A DNA stretch of 64,000 nt, taken from the NCBI GenBank assembly GCA_050246315.1, contig JBFWWG010000007.1, positions 64,001 through 128,000 of the forward strand. The letters run 5' to 3'. The position numbers and the translations under genes were made by a program. The stretch comes from Nitrospiraceae bacterium (GTDB lineage Bacteria > Nitrospirota > Nitrospiria > Nitrospirales > Nitrospiraceae). The notes under the pieces were generated by a model. It had not been told where the DNA came from. It worked only from the letters and a program-made list of their open reading frames with translations, and searched no databases. Every line of letters starts with the position of its first letter. The stretch's first letter is position 1. Of this stretch, positions 10,087 through 23,183 are shown piece after piece.

Positions 10087-10718
10087 CCCTCCGCCCATCC
10101 GACTTCTCATCCCGTAAGCAGAATCGATATCCGGTCGCTGCACGCATGGTGTCCTATCGCGGTCGACATTCGGCCTCGTCCGACGACGTGCTCTCCATCG
10201 TCGAACGTGTGGCTGTGCCGTCCCGCGGACTCGATTTCCTCAGAAACACGTCCTCCTCCAAGTCGATGAGAAGACCATCGGCGTCCGGTCCGCCGGTTCC
10301 CTTTCCAGATCCTTGCATCACCGATTCACGTCTGGAAGCGATCCTCCCGGTTCCACCGAGTATCAACCACCAATATGCGACGGTCAACGGCCGCCGCGTG
10401 CTGACGGCGGCCGGTCGATCCTACAAACTGGAGGTCGCTCAGATCGTCGCGGTCGGACTCGCCCGTTCTCCCGGGCGAACCGTCTTTCTGAACAGGGCCC
10501 AATCGGGCGCCCTTTCACTCACGATCCGATTCTGCTTCATTTCAGCGCTCCGGCGGGACGTGGATAGCGGGTTGAAAATCGCGCAGGACGCGCTCTGCGC
10601 CGGCCTGGGGATCAACGACAATCGGATCACGGAAATCCATCTATTCAAGCGACAGGATAAGGACTATCCGCGCATCGAGGTGACACTCTCTCTGTTGGAT
10701 CAGCCCTGCTCTGGTTGA
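10083..10718 (+). CDS. rusA: RusA-family crossover junction endodeoxyribonuclease (start uncertain)
   Basis: LPVPPSINHQY, RRDVDSGLKIAQDAL, INDNRI, PRIEVTL; GTGA overlap with mraZ stop. Confidence 0.8.
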   Translation: MTLRPSDFSSRKQNRYPVAARMVSYRGRHSASSDDVLSIVERVAVPSRGLDFLRNTSSSKSMRRPSASGPPVPFPDPCITDSRLEAILPVPPSINHQYATVNGRRVLTAAGRSYKLEVAQIVAVGLARSPGRTVFLNRAQSGALSLTIRFCFISALRRDVDSGLKIAQDALCAGLGINDNRITEIHLFKRQDKDYPRIEVTLSLLDQPCSG

Positions 10719-10925
10719 TCCGGCTCGACCTGCGGCAGGCGGATCAAGGAGAGTACCGTCGATGGGAGGGTTCTTGAATCGATCGTAACGTTGCTGATGA
10801 CGATCACCGCGGCACAAGCCTACGCTTGATTGTTGGAACTGGCTCCGACCAGCTACAGCAATCTTCCCTCGCCCCCGGCCTCAACCCCCAAGCGCCAGGG
10901 CAGAAAGTAACTTCCGCCGGTCGAT

Positions 10926-12161
10926 CTATTCATACCGAAGCGCCTCGATCGGGTTCAGTCGAGACGCCTTGTTAGCCGGATAGAGCCCAAAAAAGAGCCC
11001 AATCGCTACGGAGCATGCGAACGCGACCAGAATCGACGTTGCCGAAATGATCGTGGGCCAGCCGGCCACAGCCGTGGCCACCTTCGAGGCCACCATCCCC
11101 ACGACGATCCCCGCCACCCCTCCGAGCACACTCAGCGTGACCGCTTCGATCAAGAATTGAAAGAGGATATGCCACCGCTTGGCTCCGACGGCCATTCTGA
11201 CACCGATCTCCCTGGTCCGCTCGGTGACCGAGACCAGGAGAATGTTCATGATTCCGATACCGCCGACCACGAGCGAGATTGAAGCCACCGCGAACAACAG
11301 ATTAGTAATGGTCGCCGTGACGCCCTCCTGAACTTTACCGATATCCACCTGCGTACGGACGGTAAAGTCGTCCGGTTGGTCCGACTGAAGCCGGTGACGT
11401 CCTCGCACCACCTCCCTAATCCGCTCGACGGCTTCAGGCAGGTCTTCCGGCCTGGCAGTTGACGCAAAGAGAGCCCCGACCGAGCCGAGAAACGAGGTGC
11501 CGACGACCTTCCGTTCCGCCGTGGTGAAGGGAATGAAGACGATATCATCCTGATCCGATCCCTGGGCCGATTGACCTTTGGGAGCCAGGACACCGACAAC
11601 CGTGAAGGGTACATTCCTGATGCGAATGGCGGCTCCCACCGGGTCTTCACCCGGCTCAAACAGGTTCTCGGCCACGGTGTGCCCGATCAACGCCACTCGG
11701 GCCGCCTGATCCATATCCGCCTGCGTGAAGGGTCCGCCGCCGGCGAAGGACCAATCTCGGATCATCAGATACGACGGGGAGATCCCGTTCACCGGTCCGT
11801 TCCAGTTCTTGTTGCCGCTGACGATCTGCAACACGTCTCGCTTCGCCCAACCGGTGTCCAGCAGCAACGGCACTTTCTTTTTCAAATCCAGCGCGTCCGC
11901 CACGGTGAGCGTGACGGCGGCGCCTTGGCCCGCTCTCACACCGCCCACAGTGGTGGCGCCTGGGAATACAACGATGACATTCGTACCGATCGAGGCGATT
12001 TGAGTCTGGACGAGCAGGCGAGCCCCTTGGCCGATGCTGACCATGGCGATGACCGCCGCCACCCCGATGATGATGCCGAGGATCGTGAGGGCCGCGCGGA
12101 GCCGATTGCGCGCGATGACCCGGAAGGCGGTTGTGATGGTCAGGTGGAGGAAGGCGTACAT
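10926..12161 (-). CDS. MacB-like ABC transporter permease
   Basis: LRAALTILGIIIGVAAVI, VGGIGIMNILLVSVTERTREIGVRMAVGA, LNPIEALRYE. Confidence 0.93.
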   Translation of the reverse strand: MYAFLHLTITTAFRVIARNRLRAALTILGIIIGVAAVIAMVSIGQGARLLVQTQIASIGTNVIVVFPGATTVGGVRAGQGAAVTLTVADALDLKKKVPLLLDTGWAKRDVLQIVSGNKNWNGPVNGISPSYLMIRDWSFAGGGPFTQADMDQAARVALIGHTVAENLFEPGEDPVGAAIRIRNVPFTVVGVLAPKGQSAQGSDQDDIVFIPFTTAERKVVGTSFLGSVGALFASTARPEDLPEAVERIREVVRGRHRLQSDQPDDFTVRTQVDIGKVQEGVTATITNLLFAVASISLVVGGIGIMNILLVSVTERTREIGVRMAVGAKRWHILFQFLIEAVTLSVLGGVAGIVVGMVASKVATAVAGWPTIISATSILVAFACSVAIGLFFGLYPANKASRLNPIEALRYE

Positions 12162-12871
12162 GACGGAGCAGAAATCATGGCCGAGGAAATATGTCGGTCG
12201 CTCACAACTTCACCGTCTCGCATCATCAGTTGGCGAGACGCATGGGCCGCGATGTGGGCTTCATGGGTCACAAGAATGACAGTAAGACCTTCGTCATGGT
12301 TCAGGCCTTGGAGGATGCGCATGATCTCCCGGCTGGATTCCGTATCGAGATTGCCTGTGGGTTCGTCCGCCAGGAGAATCGACGGGGCCGAAACCAGGGC
12401 CCTGGCAATCGCGACTCGCTGCTGCTGCCCTCCGGACAATTGGGGAGGGTAATGCGATTCTCGCCCCGACAGCCCGACGCGGGCAAGTGCGGCCGACGCC
12501 CGAGCCCGCTGTTCGTTCAGCGCGACGCCTCGATAGAACAGCGGAAGCTGGGCATTTTCCAACGCGCTCGTGCGGGGAATCAGGTTGAAACTTTGAAAGA
12601 CGAACCCGATCTTCCGATTTCGAATCTCGGCCAACTCATCGGGCGATGCAGATCCGATCTCCTGCCCATCCAAGAGGTAGGCCCCGCTGGTCGGGTGGTC
12701 CAGGCAGCCAAGGATGTGCATGAGTGTGGATTTGCCCGATCCCGATGGACCAAGAATCGCGATGAACTCCCCTCCTTGCACTCGAAGGTTGATCCCTCGA
12801 AGCGCCGGCACTTCGACCGATCCAACCCGGTAGACCTTCCAGACATCCCGGCAGTCGATCAGATCACCCAT
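12140..12871 (-). CDS. MacB-like ABC transporter ATP-binding protein
   Basis: GPSGSGKS, LSGGQQQRVAIARAL, ADEPTGNLD. Confidence 0.93.
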   Translation of the reverse strand: MGDLIDCRDVWKVYRVGSVEVPALRGINLRVQGGEFIAILGPSGSGKSTLMHILGCLDHPTSGAYLLDGQEIGSASPDELAEIRNRKIGFVFQSFNLIPRTSALENAQLPLFYRGVALNEQRARASAALARVGLSGRESHYPPQLSGGQQQRVAIARALVSAPSILLADEPTGNLDTESSREIMRILQGLNHDEGLTVILVTHEAHIAAHASRQLMMRDGEVVSDRHISSAMISAPSCTPSST

Positions 12872-12895
12872 GGGCTCTTGCGGATAGACCGGATT

Positions 12896-14146
12896 CTACA
12901 GGTTGCGATCGCGCCCAGAACGTTGCCGCGGCGAGCCGAAACCGGGCGGCAAATTGGTGGCCTTCTGTTCCGACCTCGGTGACTCCAGTCCGACAATGAC
13001 GCGGTCTCCCTCCTGCAGCGTGGCCCCGGCGACCTCCGTGAACAGGCCGTCCGAGAGTCCGGGTTGGATCGGAACAGCTTCCGGCCGATCTCCGCTCCCG
13101 AGCCGCCAGAGAGATTTCCCCCTTGGTTCCGCTACAACGTCAGTCTTCGGCGCCGCCGTCGCGGAGTCGATCGCACCGCCACCCAATGGTACGGCGGGCG
13201 GCATGAAACGCAAGGCAGCGGTGGGCACTTTCAACACCTGCTCGCGCTGCGCCACCACGATTGACACATTGGCGGTCATGCCCGGCTTCAACCGAAGGTC
13301 TTGGTTCTCGACCTCCACCACCACATTGTAGGTGACCACATTCTGGATGTTGATCGGCGCGTTGCGTACCTGCCGGATCTTGCCACGAAACAATTCCCCC
13401 GGATAGGCATCCACCGTGAAGACCGCCTCCTTCCCCTCGGCAATGCCCCCGATATCGGCTTCGCTCACATTCGTATCCACCTGCATGTGGGTCAAGTCCA
13501 AGGCGATCAAGAACAGGTTGGGGGTGGCGAAGCTCGCAGCGACCGTCTGGCCCACCTCGACGTTGCGGGCAATCACTATCCCGTTCACCGGGGAGCGAAT
13601 CGTGGTGTACCTCAAATCGAGCTCGGCGGCAGCCAACGTCGCTTCCGCCTGCTTGAGTTGAGCTTCGGCCAACTTCAGGTGGGCCTGGGCGTTTTCGTGG
13701 GCCGTGCGGGCCACATCCACGTCGTTTTGTGACACGAACTGTTGGGCGAGCAATCCCTTTATGCGTTCCAGTTCGCGTGTCCGTTGCGTGAGATCCACCC
13801 TCGCCTTCGAAACGGCCGCCTGCGCCATTCCTAGGTTGCCCGCAGTCTGATCCCGCCTGGCTTGAAAGGGAGCTGGATCGATCTGCGCAATCACCTCCCC
13901 CGATTTGACGACCGAGTTGAAATCCGCATTGAGGCTCTTGATCATTCCCGAGACCTGGGTCCCAACCTGCACCGCGACGACGGGAGTCACCGTCCCGGTC
14001 GCATTGACGACCGACACGACCGCTCCCCGCTCGAGTACGGCCGTCTTGTACCGAATCACCGTGGGAGAATCACTTCCAAACAAGAGAAACCACACTCCGA
14101 CTCCCACGGCACCCAGCAATGCGATAATCGCGAATGTTCGACGCAT
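12896..14146 (-). CDS. MacA-like periplasmic adaptor (membrane fusion protein)
   Basis: N-terminal TM, VQVGTQVSG, TIRSPVNG, VEVGQTVAASF, LKPGMTANV. Confidence 0.92.
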   Translation of the reverse strand: MRRTFAIIALLGAVGVGVWFLLFGSDSPTVIRYKTAVLERGAVVSVVNATGTVTPVVAVQVGTQVSGMIKSLNADFNSVVKSGEVIAQIDPAPFQARRDQTAGNLGMAQAAVSKARVDLTQRTRELERIKGLLAQQFVSQNDVDVARTAHENAQAHLKLAEAQLKQAEATLAAAELDLRYTTIRSPVNGIVIARNVEVGQTVAASFATPNLFLIALDLTHMQVDTNVSEADIGGIAEGKEAVFTVDAYPGELFRGKIRQVRNAPINIQNVVTYNVVVEVENQDLRLKPGMTANVSIVVAQREQVLKVPTAALRFMPPAVPLGGGAIDSATAAPKTDVVAEPRGKSLWRLGSGDRPEAVPIQPGLSDGLFTEVAGATLQEGDRVIVGLESPRSEQKATNLPPGFGSPRQRSGRDRNL

Positions 14147-14269
14147 ACATTCAGCCTTCGGCCTGGGCTATTCTACCAAGTCGATCCCTGCGGAGCCATC
14201 CCGGCTGGTCTCTGGCGATCCCTATTCCGGAGCGGTTTTCTTGCGCACGCAGACTAGCCCCACAACACA

Positions 14270-14304
14270 AAGGGGCTGTTTGCCGCATCGGCAAACAGCC
14301 CCTT
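14270..14304 (-). terminator. Intrinsic terminator hairpin after the HhH lipoprotein gene
   Basis: Perfect 16-bp stem AAGGGGCTGTTTGCCG-cat-CGGCAAACAGCCCCTT with a T-rich tail on the minus strand. Confidence 0.7.
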
Positions 14305-14329
14305 CACCCTACCGCAGCGCTTGCTTCCC

Positions 14330-15067
14330 TTACGGGCTGACCGTCACACGATCCTTGATGACGTCATAGGTTTCTTTCGGCACAACGTTCTTCGCTACCA
14401 ACTCTCCCTTGAGTCGGTAAGGACGATGGCTCACGATCTTTTCCGCCACATCCTTCGTCACTCCCAGTTGCTCCACCATTTCACCGGCCGTCGCCTTGTT
14501 GAGATTCAGGGGCGCCCCGGCTCCCATCGGCGGCAGCCCGGAAGGCGCCGCCTTGGCCCCAAGCCCAGGAGGAGAGGTCGCAGCCGACGGACCTGGCGCG
14601 CCGGGCAGCGATAAGGCTGGTGGTTGAGCACTCCCTGGGACCGGCACGGGAGTCCGATCCTTCAACTCTTTTTGATAGCGAGCGACCAGGGATTTCAGCG
14701 TCTCGTTATGCCGCTTCACATCCTCGTATTCGTGGCGGAGGCTCCGCTGTTGCGCGCTGAGCTGCGCCACTCTCTGCTCTAACTCTTTCGTATGCGTGTC
14801 CACGGAGGACCGCTCCTTGTCTCGGCCATGCTCAATCCGCTGGAGCTCATCGCGCGCGGCCTGGGCTTCGTTGCTGAATTTGACGTTCAACTCCTTGAGG
14901 GTTTTGACCTGTTGTTCCAGCGCGGTCTTTTGTGAACGGGTTCGCTCCAGCTCGGTCAGCGTCGCCTCCTTTTCGGACACCATTTCATTATACTTACCGG
15001 AGCTCACGCAGCCGCCGACAAGGCAGGCCGTCACAAGTGCTCCCGTCACGGCGTAGATCGGTTTCAT
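14330..15067 (-). CDS. Lipoprotein with coiled coil, Pro-rich linker and C-terminal ComEA-like helix-hairpin-helix domain
   Basis: Lipobox LVGGC, heptad-rich middle, LNLNKAT...AEKIVSHRPY...ELV; AAGGAG RBS. Confidence 0.75.
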   Translation of the reverse strand: MKPIYAVTGALVTACLVGGCVSSGKYNEMVSEKEATLTELERTRSQKTALEQQVKTLKELNVKFSNEAQAARDELQRIEHGRDKERSSVDTHTKELEQRVAQLSAQQRSLRHEYEDVKRHNETLKSLVARYQKELKDRTPVPVPGSAQPPALSLPGAPGPSAATSPPGLGAKAAPSGLPPMGAGAPLNLNKATAGEMVEQLGVTKDVAEKIVSHRPYRLKGELVAKNVVPKETYDVIKDRVTVSP

Positions 15068-15321
15068 GGACTCTCTCCTTTCGCGTTACATGATCATGCA
15101 ATACTGTGGTGGGACTGAGACTCGGCCAGCTATGCTGTCATGTATTGTATCAGCTCGGTTTTGTCAACTCATTTGCGTTCTCTGTCCCGCGGACAGCGCA
15201 CGCCTGGCCGGCCGACAGACACATCCGCATGGCGCTTGACGCACAGCAGCGGCTCTGTGATGATGGCCGCCGTGCATTCCAGCCGACTCTCCGACGTCAT
15301 CCTCATCAAAGGAAGGTACTT

Positions 15322-16200
15322 GTGAATGAATGGGGTCCGGAACTGGCCGTTCTGCTGGGTCTTGTCGAAGGGTTGACGGAATATTTGCCGGTATCCTCCA
15401 CAGGCCACCTCATTTTGGTCGGTCACGCCGTTGGGTTTACTGGAGAGATCGCGTCCAGCGTCGAAATTTCCATCCAACTCGGCGCCATCCTGGCAGTGAT
15501 CGTCTATGAATGGAGCAAGATCAAAACACTCGCCGCACGCGCATACCAGGACCAGCTTGACTTCCGACGCATGGCAACGGAACACGCACCTGCCTCGTGG
15601 ACTCTGGTACTTCGAGAGTCATTTCGCCTCCACCCGAGCCTGTGGTTCATCGTCGGAATCGGACTCGCTTTCCTGCCGGCCGCCCTGGTGGGCATTATCG
15701 CGCACGGGTGGATCAAGGATCATCTCTTCACTCCCTACACGGTGGCCCTCTCGTCTATCGCGGGAGGGCTGGTCATCCTGGCGGCCGAAGCCATGAAGGA
15801 TCGTCCACGGATCAAGGAACTGCCACAGGTGACGCTCTCCCACGCCTGGTGGATCGGTCTGGCCCAATGCGCGTCGTTGATTCCCGGCATGTCCCGCTCC
15901 GGCTCCACCATCGTCGGCGGGCTTCTGGCCGGCCTCGATCGAAAGGTGGCGACGGAATATTCGTTCTTCCTCGCCCTCCCAACCCTTATCGCCGCAACGC
16001 TGTATCAATTCACAAAATCGCAGGCGCTCATGTCACGAGCGGATCTGTTGGCACTCGGCATTGGCCTGGTCGTGTCGTTTTTTACCGCTTGGGCCGTCAT
16101 TGCGCTGTTCATGGGATTCGTCAAGCGCCACACGCTCCGAGCCTTTGCGTACTATCGGATGGGGTTGGGAGCATTGGTCCTCTATGTGTTCGCAGGCTAG
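15322..16200 (+). CDS. uppP: Undecaprenyl-diphosphatase
   Basis: VEGLTEYLPVSSTGHL, IQLGAILAV, PGMSRSGSTI, TEYSFFLALP; GTG start after GGAAGG. Confidence 0.95.
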   Translation: MNEWGPELAVLLGLVEGLTEYLPVSSTGHLILVGHAVGFTGEIASSVEISIQLGAILAVIVYEWSKIKTLAARAYQDQLDFRRMATEHAPASWTLVLRESFRLHPSLWFIVGIGLAFLPAALVGIIAHGWIKDHLFTPYTVALSSIAGGLVILAAEAMKDRPRIKELPQVTLSHAWWIGLAQCASLIPGMSRSGSTIVGGLLAGLDRKVATEYSFFLALPTLIAATLYQFTKSQALMSRADLLALGIGLVVSFFTAWAVIALFMGFVKRHTLRAFAYYRMGLGALVLYVFAG

Positions 16201-16261
16201 GCCATCCGACCATCGATGGGATGGAGGATCGCCTACGAGGGAGGGACAAGCGTTGGTGGGA

Positions 16262-16789
16262 TCAGGAATCCGGACGAACGGCGGCCGCCGGCGGAGGAGC
16301 TTCGGTCTTCTTCTCAAACGCAAAGTGCAGGATGAGAAAAAAGACTCCGACGCTGATCGCGGCATCCGCCACGTTGAATGCCGGCCAGTGGTACGACCCA
16401 ACATAAAAATCGAGAAAGTCGATCACCTCGCCGAACCGCACACGATCCAGCAGATTGCCAATGGCGCCGCCGAGAATGCCGGCGATGCTGTACTGGCCCA
16501 TCAAATCCTGTTCCGGTAGCCGGACGAGAATCGTCCCCAGCAACACCACGGCGAAAATCGAGGTAAAAGCGAAGAAGATGAGGCGAAACCCCGTGCTGCT
16601 CCCCGCCATCAGTCCGAACGCCGCACCGGGATTTCGAATATAGGTGAGGTTGAACAGATCAGGTATGATCGGGGTCGATTCATGCAATTGCATCGACTGC
16701 ATGATTTGGAGCTTCGTCAGTTGGTCGGTAAAGACGACCGCTCCGCTGACCAGCGCGAGCAGCAGAAATCTGGTTCCACCGGCGGTCAC
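16262..16789 (-). CDS. lspA: Lipoprotein signal peptidase II
   Basis: [33 protein letters not shown]; downstream of ileS. Confidence 0.96.
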   Translation of the reverse strand: MTAGGTRFLLLALVSGAVVFTDQLTKLQIMQSMQLHESTPIIPDLFNLTYIRNPGAAFGLMAGSSTGFRLIFFAFTSIFAVVLLGTILVRLPEQDLMGQYSIAGILGGAIGNLLDRVRFGEVIDFLDFYVGSYHWPAFNVADAAISVGVFFLILHFAFEKKTEAPPPAAAVRPDS

Positions 16790-19623
16790 TGGATCGCCTC
16801 ACAACACCGATCACAGAGCGTGGGATGGTTCCGATCCTGCCCGACAGACGACCGGTAGTTCCAGCAGCGCTCGCATTTGCGGTCCATAGATTTCTGGACT
16901 GTGAAGCGCATTCCTGCCGTGAAGCCCAGACCTGCGTCCACAAGTAGTGCCGGTGACGTCTTCACATCTACACTCGAAACAATCAGAAGGCTTGGCAGGT
17001 CAACCTCGTATTGCAAAAGAAATTCATACTGTTGTGGATTCGCCTCGATGACGACGTGGGCTTCAAGAGACGACCCAATGACTTTTTCTCGCCGCTTTTC
17101 TTCCAGCGCCGCCTGAACGGCCGTCCGCACCTCCAGGAGCTTGTCCCACCTTTGAGCCAATGCCGCATCGTTCCATTCTGAACGAGCCTCGGGAAACGAC
17201 GCCAGGTGCACGCTCCAGTTCCGCGGATCGGACACCGCCCCTTTCGGCAGCATGCGCCACACTTCCTCGGCGGTGAAGCTCAGGATCGGCGCCATGAGCT
17301 TGGTCAATGCCCCCAGAATATCGAGTAATACTGTCTGGGAACCGCGGCGCAACCGTGAGTCCTTGCGGAAGGTGTACAGACGATCCTTCAGAATATCCAA
17401 GTAGACGGCGCTCAAGTCCACCGAGCAAAAGTTGTTGAGTTGGTGGAAGATCGAATGGAATTCAAAGGATTCATAGGCGGCCCTGACCCGGGGAATCAGT
17501 TGGTTGAGCCGCATGAGCGCCCAGCGATCCAGCTCGGGCAACCGTTCATACGCTACACGATCCTGAAGCGGATCGAAATCATACAGGTTGCTCAACAGGA
17601 ACCGGCTCGTGTTACGGATTTTCCGATAGGCTTCCACCAGTTGTCCCAGGATCTCCTGCGAGATCCGGAGATCTTCCCGATAATCCTGCGCGGACACCCA
17701 GAGTCGCAGAATTTCCGCTCCGTACTGTTTGATCACGTCCTGGGGAGCGACCACGTTGCCTGCCGATTTGGACATTTTCTTGCCCGCACCGTCCACGACG
17801 AACCCGTGCGTCAGCACCGCCTTGTAGGGAGCGCGCCGGTCGGTGGTGACCCCGGCCAAAAGGGCACTGTGAAACCACCCTCGGTGCTGGTCCGACCCCT
17901 CAAGATAGAGATCTGCCGGCCACCATTTGCGTGGCTTGAGCACGGCGGCATAACTCACGCCGGATTCGAACCAGACATCCAAAATGTCCTTTTCCTTTTC
18001 GAAGGACATGCCGCCGCACTTCGCGCAGGCGGTTCCCGCCGGCAGTAATTCAGCCGCCGATCGGCTGAACCACACATCGGTTCCGTCCCGTTCGACCAGC
18101 GCCGCCACCTGTTCCACGATCGTCGGATTGACGAGGACGGTCTTACAGGCGGTGCAGGAGAATCCGACAATCGGCACCCCCCACACACGCTGCCGCGAGA
18201 TGCACCAGTCGGGGCGATTCTCGATCATGCCGTTGATCCGGTCGCGCCCATAGGACGGAATCCATCGCACCCGCTCGATTTCCGCCAGCGCGTCCTTCCG
18301 GAGGTCGTTCGTCTCCATCGAGACGAACCACTGCTCGGTCGCCCGGAAAATGACCGGACTCTTGCATCGCCAGCAGTGAGGATACGAATGGTTCAGCGAC
18401 CCATGTCCAAGAAGTCGCCCGTTCTCTTGCAACCGTTCCACGATCCGAGGGTTGGCCTTGAACACATGCTGGCCGGCAAAGTCCGGGACGGCCTCGGTAA
18501 ACCGCCCCGCATCGTCAACCGGCGCCAGAATCTCCAGCTTTTCTCCCGGAGAGGCCTGAGCATTGTGTTGGAGGACAAGGAGGTAGTCTTCCATCCCATG
18601 CCCCGGCGCAATATGCACACAACCGGTCCCCTGTTCGAGCGTCACAAAATCGTCGAGCAAGACCGGCGACAGGCCGGTGTTCAATGGACGCTGCGTCTCC
18701 AATCCTTCGAACCCCTCCCCGCCCTTCTTGACGCCCAGCACCGAGACCTGGTCCAACCGACAGGCCTTCGCCACGGCCTCAAGCAGCTTGTGGGCGACGA
18801 TAATCACCTCGTTGCCGACCAGTGCGAACGCATAGTCGATGTCCGCATGGAGGCAGACGGCCTGATTGGCCGGCAAGGTCCAGGGCGTCGTGGTCCAAAT
18901 GACGATAGAGACCCTGGTTACCGAAGGGGGAATCGCGATTCCCGGAAACTTCGTGGCGATCGCAGCCGGCGCTCCGGCCACAGGGAATCTCACATATATC
19001 GAGGGCGACCGATGGTCGTCGTACTCCACTTCGGCTTCCGCGAGCGCCGTTTGGTCCTGCGTGCACCAGAGCACCGGCTTAAGCCCTTTATAGACGCCGC
19101 CGCGCTCGACGAACTTGCCCAGCTCGCGTACGATTTCGGCTTCGTAGGCCGGGGCCATCGTCAGATAGGGGTGGTCCCAATCTCCTAGCACCCCCAGACG
19201 CCGGAATTCGTCGCGTTGGATCTGGTAGTATTTCTCCGCGTATTCCCGGCAGAGCCGCCTGATCCCGATCAGATCAAGCCCCTGCTTCTTGCCTCCCAAC
19301 TCCTTCAACACCTGATGCTCGATCGGAAGGCCGTGACAATCCCACCCCGGCACATACGGAGCCTGATACCCGGCCATGGTCTTGGACTTGACGATGATGT
19401 CCTTCAAGATCTTGTTGAGCGCGTGACCGATGTGAATCCGGCCGTTCGCATAGGGAGGCCCATCATGTAGCATGTAGAGAGGCCGTCCCCGCCCGGCTGC
19501 CTGAATCGCGTCGTAGAGCCGTTGCTGGTCCCACCAGGCGAGCAACTCCGGTTCCCGCTGCGGCAGGTTCGCTTTCATGGGAAAGTCGGTCTGGGGCAGG
19601 TTGAGCGTCGTCTTATAATCCAT
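16786..19623 (-). CDS. ileS: Isoleucyl-tRNA synthetase (type 1)
   Basis: [34 protein letters not shown]-terminal CERCW...CDRC. Confidence 0.98.
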   Translation of the reverse strand: MDYKTTLNLPQTDFPMKANLPQREPELLAWWDQQRLYDAIQAAGRGRPLYMLHDGPPYANGRIHIGHALNKILKDIIVKSKTMAGYQAPYVPGWDCHGLPIEHQVLKELGGKKQGLDLIGIRRLCREYAEKYYQIQRDEFRRLGVLGDWDHPYLTMAPAYEAEIVRELGKFVERGGVYKGLKPVLWCTQDQTALAEAEVEYDDHRSPSIYVRFPVAGAPAAIATKFPGIAIPPSVTRVSIVIWTTTPWTLPANQAVCLHADIDYAFALVGNEVIIVAHKLLEAVAKACRLDQVSVLGVKKGGEGFEGLETQRPLNTGLSPVLLDDFVTLEQGTGCVHIAPGHGMEDYLLVLQHNAQASPGEKLEILAPVDDAGRFTEAVPDFAGQHVFKANPRIVERLQENGRLLGHGSLNHSYPHCWRCKSPVIFRATEQWFVSMETNDLRKDALAEIERVRWIPSYGRDRINGMIENRPDWCISRQRVWGVPIVGFSCTACKTVLVNPTIVEQVAALVERDGTDVWFSRSAAELLPAGTACAKCGGMSFEKEKDILDVWFESGVSYAAVLKPRKWWPADLYLEGSDQHRGWFHSALLAGVTTDRRAPYKAVLTHGFVVDGAGKKMSKSAGNVVAPQDVIKQYGAEILRLWVSAQDYREDLRISQEILGQLVEAYRKIRNTSRFLLSNLYDFDPLQDRVAYERLPELDRWALMRLNQLIPRVRAAYESFEFHSIFHQLNNFCSVDLSAVYLDILKDRLYTFRKDSRLRRGSQTVLLDILGALTKLMAPILSFTAEEVWRMLPKGAVSDPRNWSVHLASFPEARSEWNDAALAQRWDKLLEVRTAVQAALEEKRREKVIGSSLEAHVVIEANPQQYEFLLQYEVDLPSLLIVSSVDVKTSPALLVDAGLGFTAGMRFTVQKSMDRKCERCWNYRSSVGQDRNHPTLCDRCCEAIQ

Positions 19624-19708
19624 CAATGAGCCACATACACGAAGATTCGCCCGGAAGTCCAGCGTTCGGGATCGGCAGTGTGGAAGGTGGGAATTCTTTG
19701 CAGGTTGC

Positions 19709-20854
19709 TCAGCTCAGATCCATCATTCGATCCAGCGCCACTCTGGCCCACTGCTTCTCGTCGTCGGGAACGGTGATGTGATTCACCACCCGCCCCTCCA
19801 CCAGATTCTCCATCGCCCAACAGAGATGCGGCGCATCGATCCGGAACATCGTGGCGCATTGGCAGACGGTGGAAGACAGGAAAAACACACGCTTATCGGC
19901 CTGCTCCCGCTTGAGCCGATTCACGAGATTCAGTTCCGTGCCTACGGCCCAGGTCGTACCGGCCGGCGCCTCGCTCACCGCGCGGATGATAAATTCCGTA
20001 GATCCGATCAAATCGGCCTTGTTGACCACGGTTTCGTGGCACTCCGGATGCACGATCACCGTCGCTTCCGGATACTGCTTCCGAAAATAGTCCACATGGG
20101 AAGGCTGGAACATCTGATGAACGCTGCAATGCCCCTTCCATAACAGCAGCCTGGCCTTGCGGACGGCCTCTTGGGAGTGCCCTCCGTTCGGTAAGAGGGG
20201 GTCCCACACGAGCATCTGATCGGGCGGGAAACCCATCTTGTTCGCGGTATTGCGCCCCAAGTGTTCGTCCGGAAAGAACAGGATCTTCTCCCGTCTGGCC
20301 CAGGCCCATTCCATGATCGCCCGCGCGTTCGAGGACGTGCAGGTAAGCCCCCCGTGTTCGCCGCAAAAGGCTTTGAGATTCGCCGCGGAATTGACGTAGA
20401 CGACCGGCAACACGGTCTCCTCGACCGGCACCGCCCTCCCCAGCGATTCCCAGCATTGTTCCACCTGTTCGATCGCCGCCATATCGGCCATCGAACAGCC
20501 TGCGGCGAGATCCGGGAGAATGACGGTTTGGTTGGATCGGCTCAGGATATCGGCGGTCTCCGCCATGAAATGCACGCCGCAAAAGACGACGTACGGGCGG
20601 TCCGCATGTTGTTGGGCCAGCTTCGCCAGAAGCAACGAGTCACCACGAAAGTCCGCGTGCACGATGACTTCGTCGCGCTGGTAGTTGTGACCCAACACCA
20701 TCACTCGGTCGCCCAACGCCCGCTTTGCCTCAATGGTACGTCTGTAGAGTTTATCCGCAGACACCGACTGATATTCGGAGATGGGATGGCACTCGGATCG
20801 CCGGGCGTGTTCCGAGGCAAGCGGTTGACCAAGCACGGGCGATTGAACGAACAT
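19709..20854 (-). CDS. nadA: Quinolinate synthase
   Basis: [45 protein letters not shown]. Confidence 0.96.
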   Translation of the reverse strand: MFVQSPVLGQPLASEHARRSECHPISEYQSVSADKLYRRTIEAKRALGDRVMVLGHNYQRDEVIVHADFRGDSLLLAKLAQQHADRPYVVFCGVHFMAETADILSRSNQTVILPDLAAGCSMADMAAIEQVEQCWESLGRAVPVEETVLPVVYVNSAANLKAFCGEHGGLTCTSSNARAIMEWAWARREKILFFPDEHLGRNTANKMGFPPDQMLVWDPLLPNGGHSQEAVRKARLLLWKGHCSVHQMFQPSHVDYFRKQYPEATVIVHPECHETVVNKADLIGSTEFIIRAVSEAPAGTTWAVGTELNLVNRLKREQADKRVFFLSSTVCQCATMFRIDAPHLCWAMENLVEGRVVNHITVPDDEKQWARVALDRMMDLS

Positions 20855-21037
20855 GTGCTCCTTGAGTAGAGGGGATTTCGTAAATTCTACGTGAGTGGTG
20901 CTCCAACAATCAACGGACCCGGAAGCACTACCGGCTTGGCGTTCCCTAGGTCCCCTGGGCCAATCGGATTCCGCATTCGAATTCGGTCCTCCTCCTCACA
21001 GACCCGACGGATGTCCTTTGGGCTGACTCTGAGAAGA

Positions 21038-21067
21038 TTGACACCCTCCAAACCGCAGGTGTACGAT
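21038..21067 (+). promoter_or_regulatory. Putative sigma70 promoter of the thiC leader
   Basis: TTGACA-18 nt-TACGAT about 20 nt upstream of the TPP aptamer. Confidence 0.6.
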
Positions 21068-21086
21068 GCGTCAGCATTTGCATCCC

Positions 21087-21170
21087 AGCTAGGGGAGCCG
21101 AAAGGCTGAGAGCCCGGATAACCGGGCGACCCTCTGAACCTGACCTGGATAATGCCAGCGTAGGGAAGCG
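21087..21170 (+). ncRNA. TPP riboswitch aptamer
   Basis: GGGGAGCC-GAAA-GGCTGAGA...GACCCTCTGAACCTGACCTGGATAATGCCAGCGTAGGGAAG, canonical THI element upstream of thiC. Confidence 0.96.
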
Positions 21171-21189
21171 GCGAACTTGATACCGTTGA

Positions 21190-23169
<1,980 letters not shown>

Positions 23170-23183
23170 CAGGAGCGATCATC

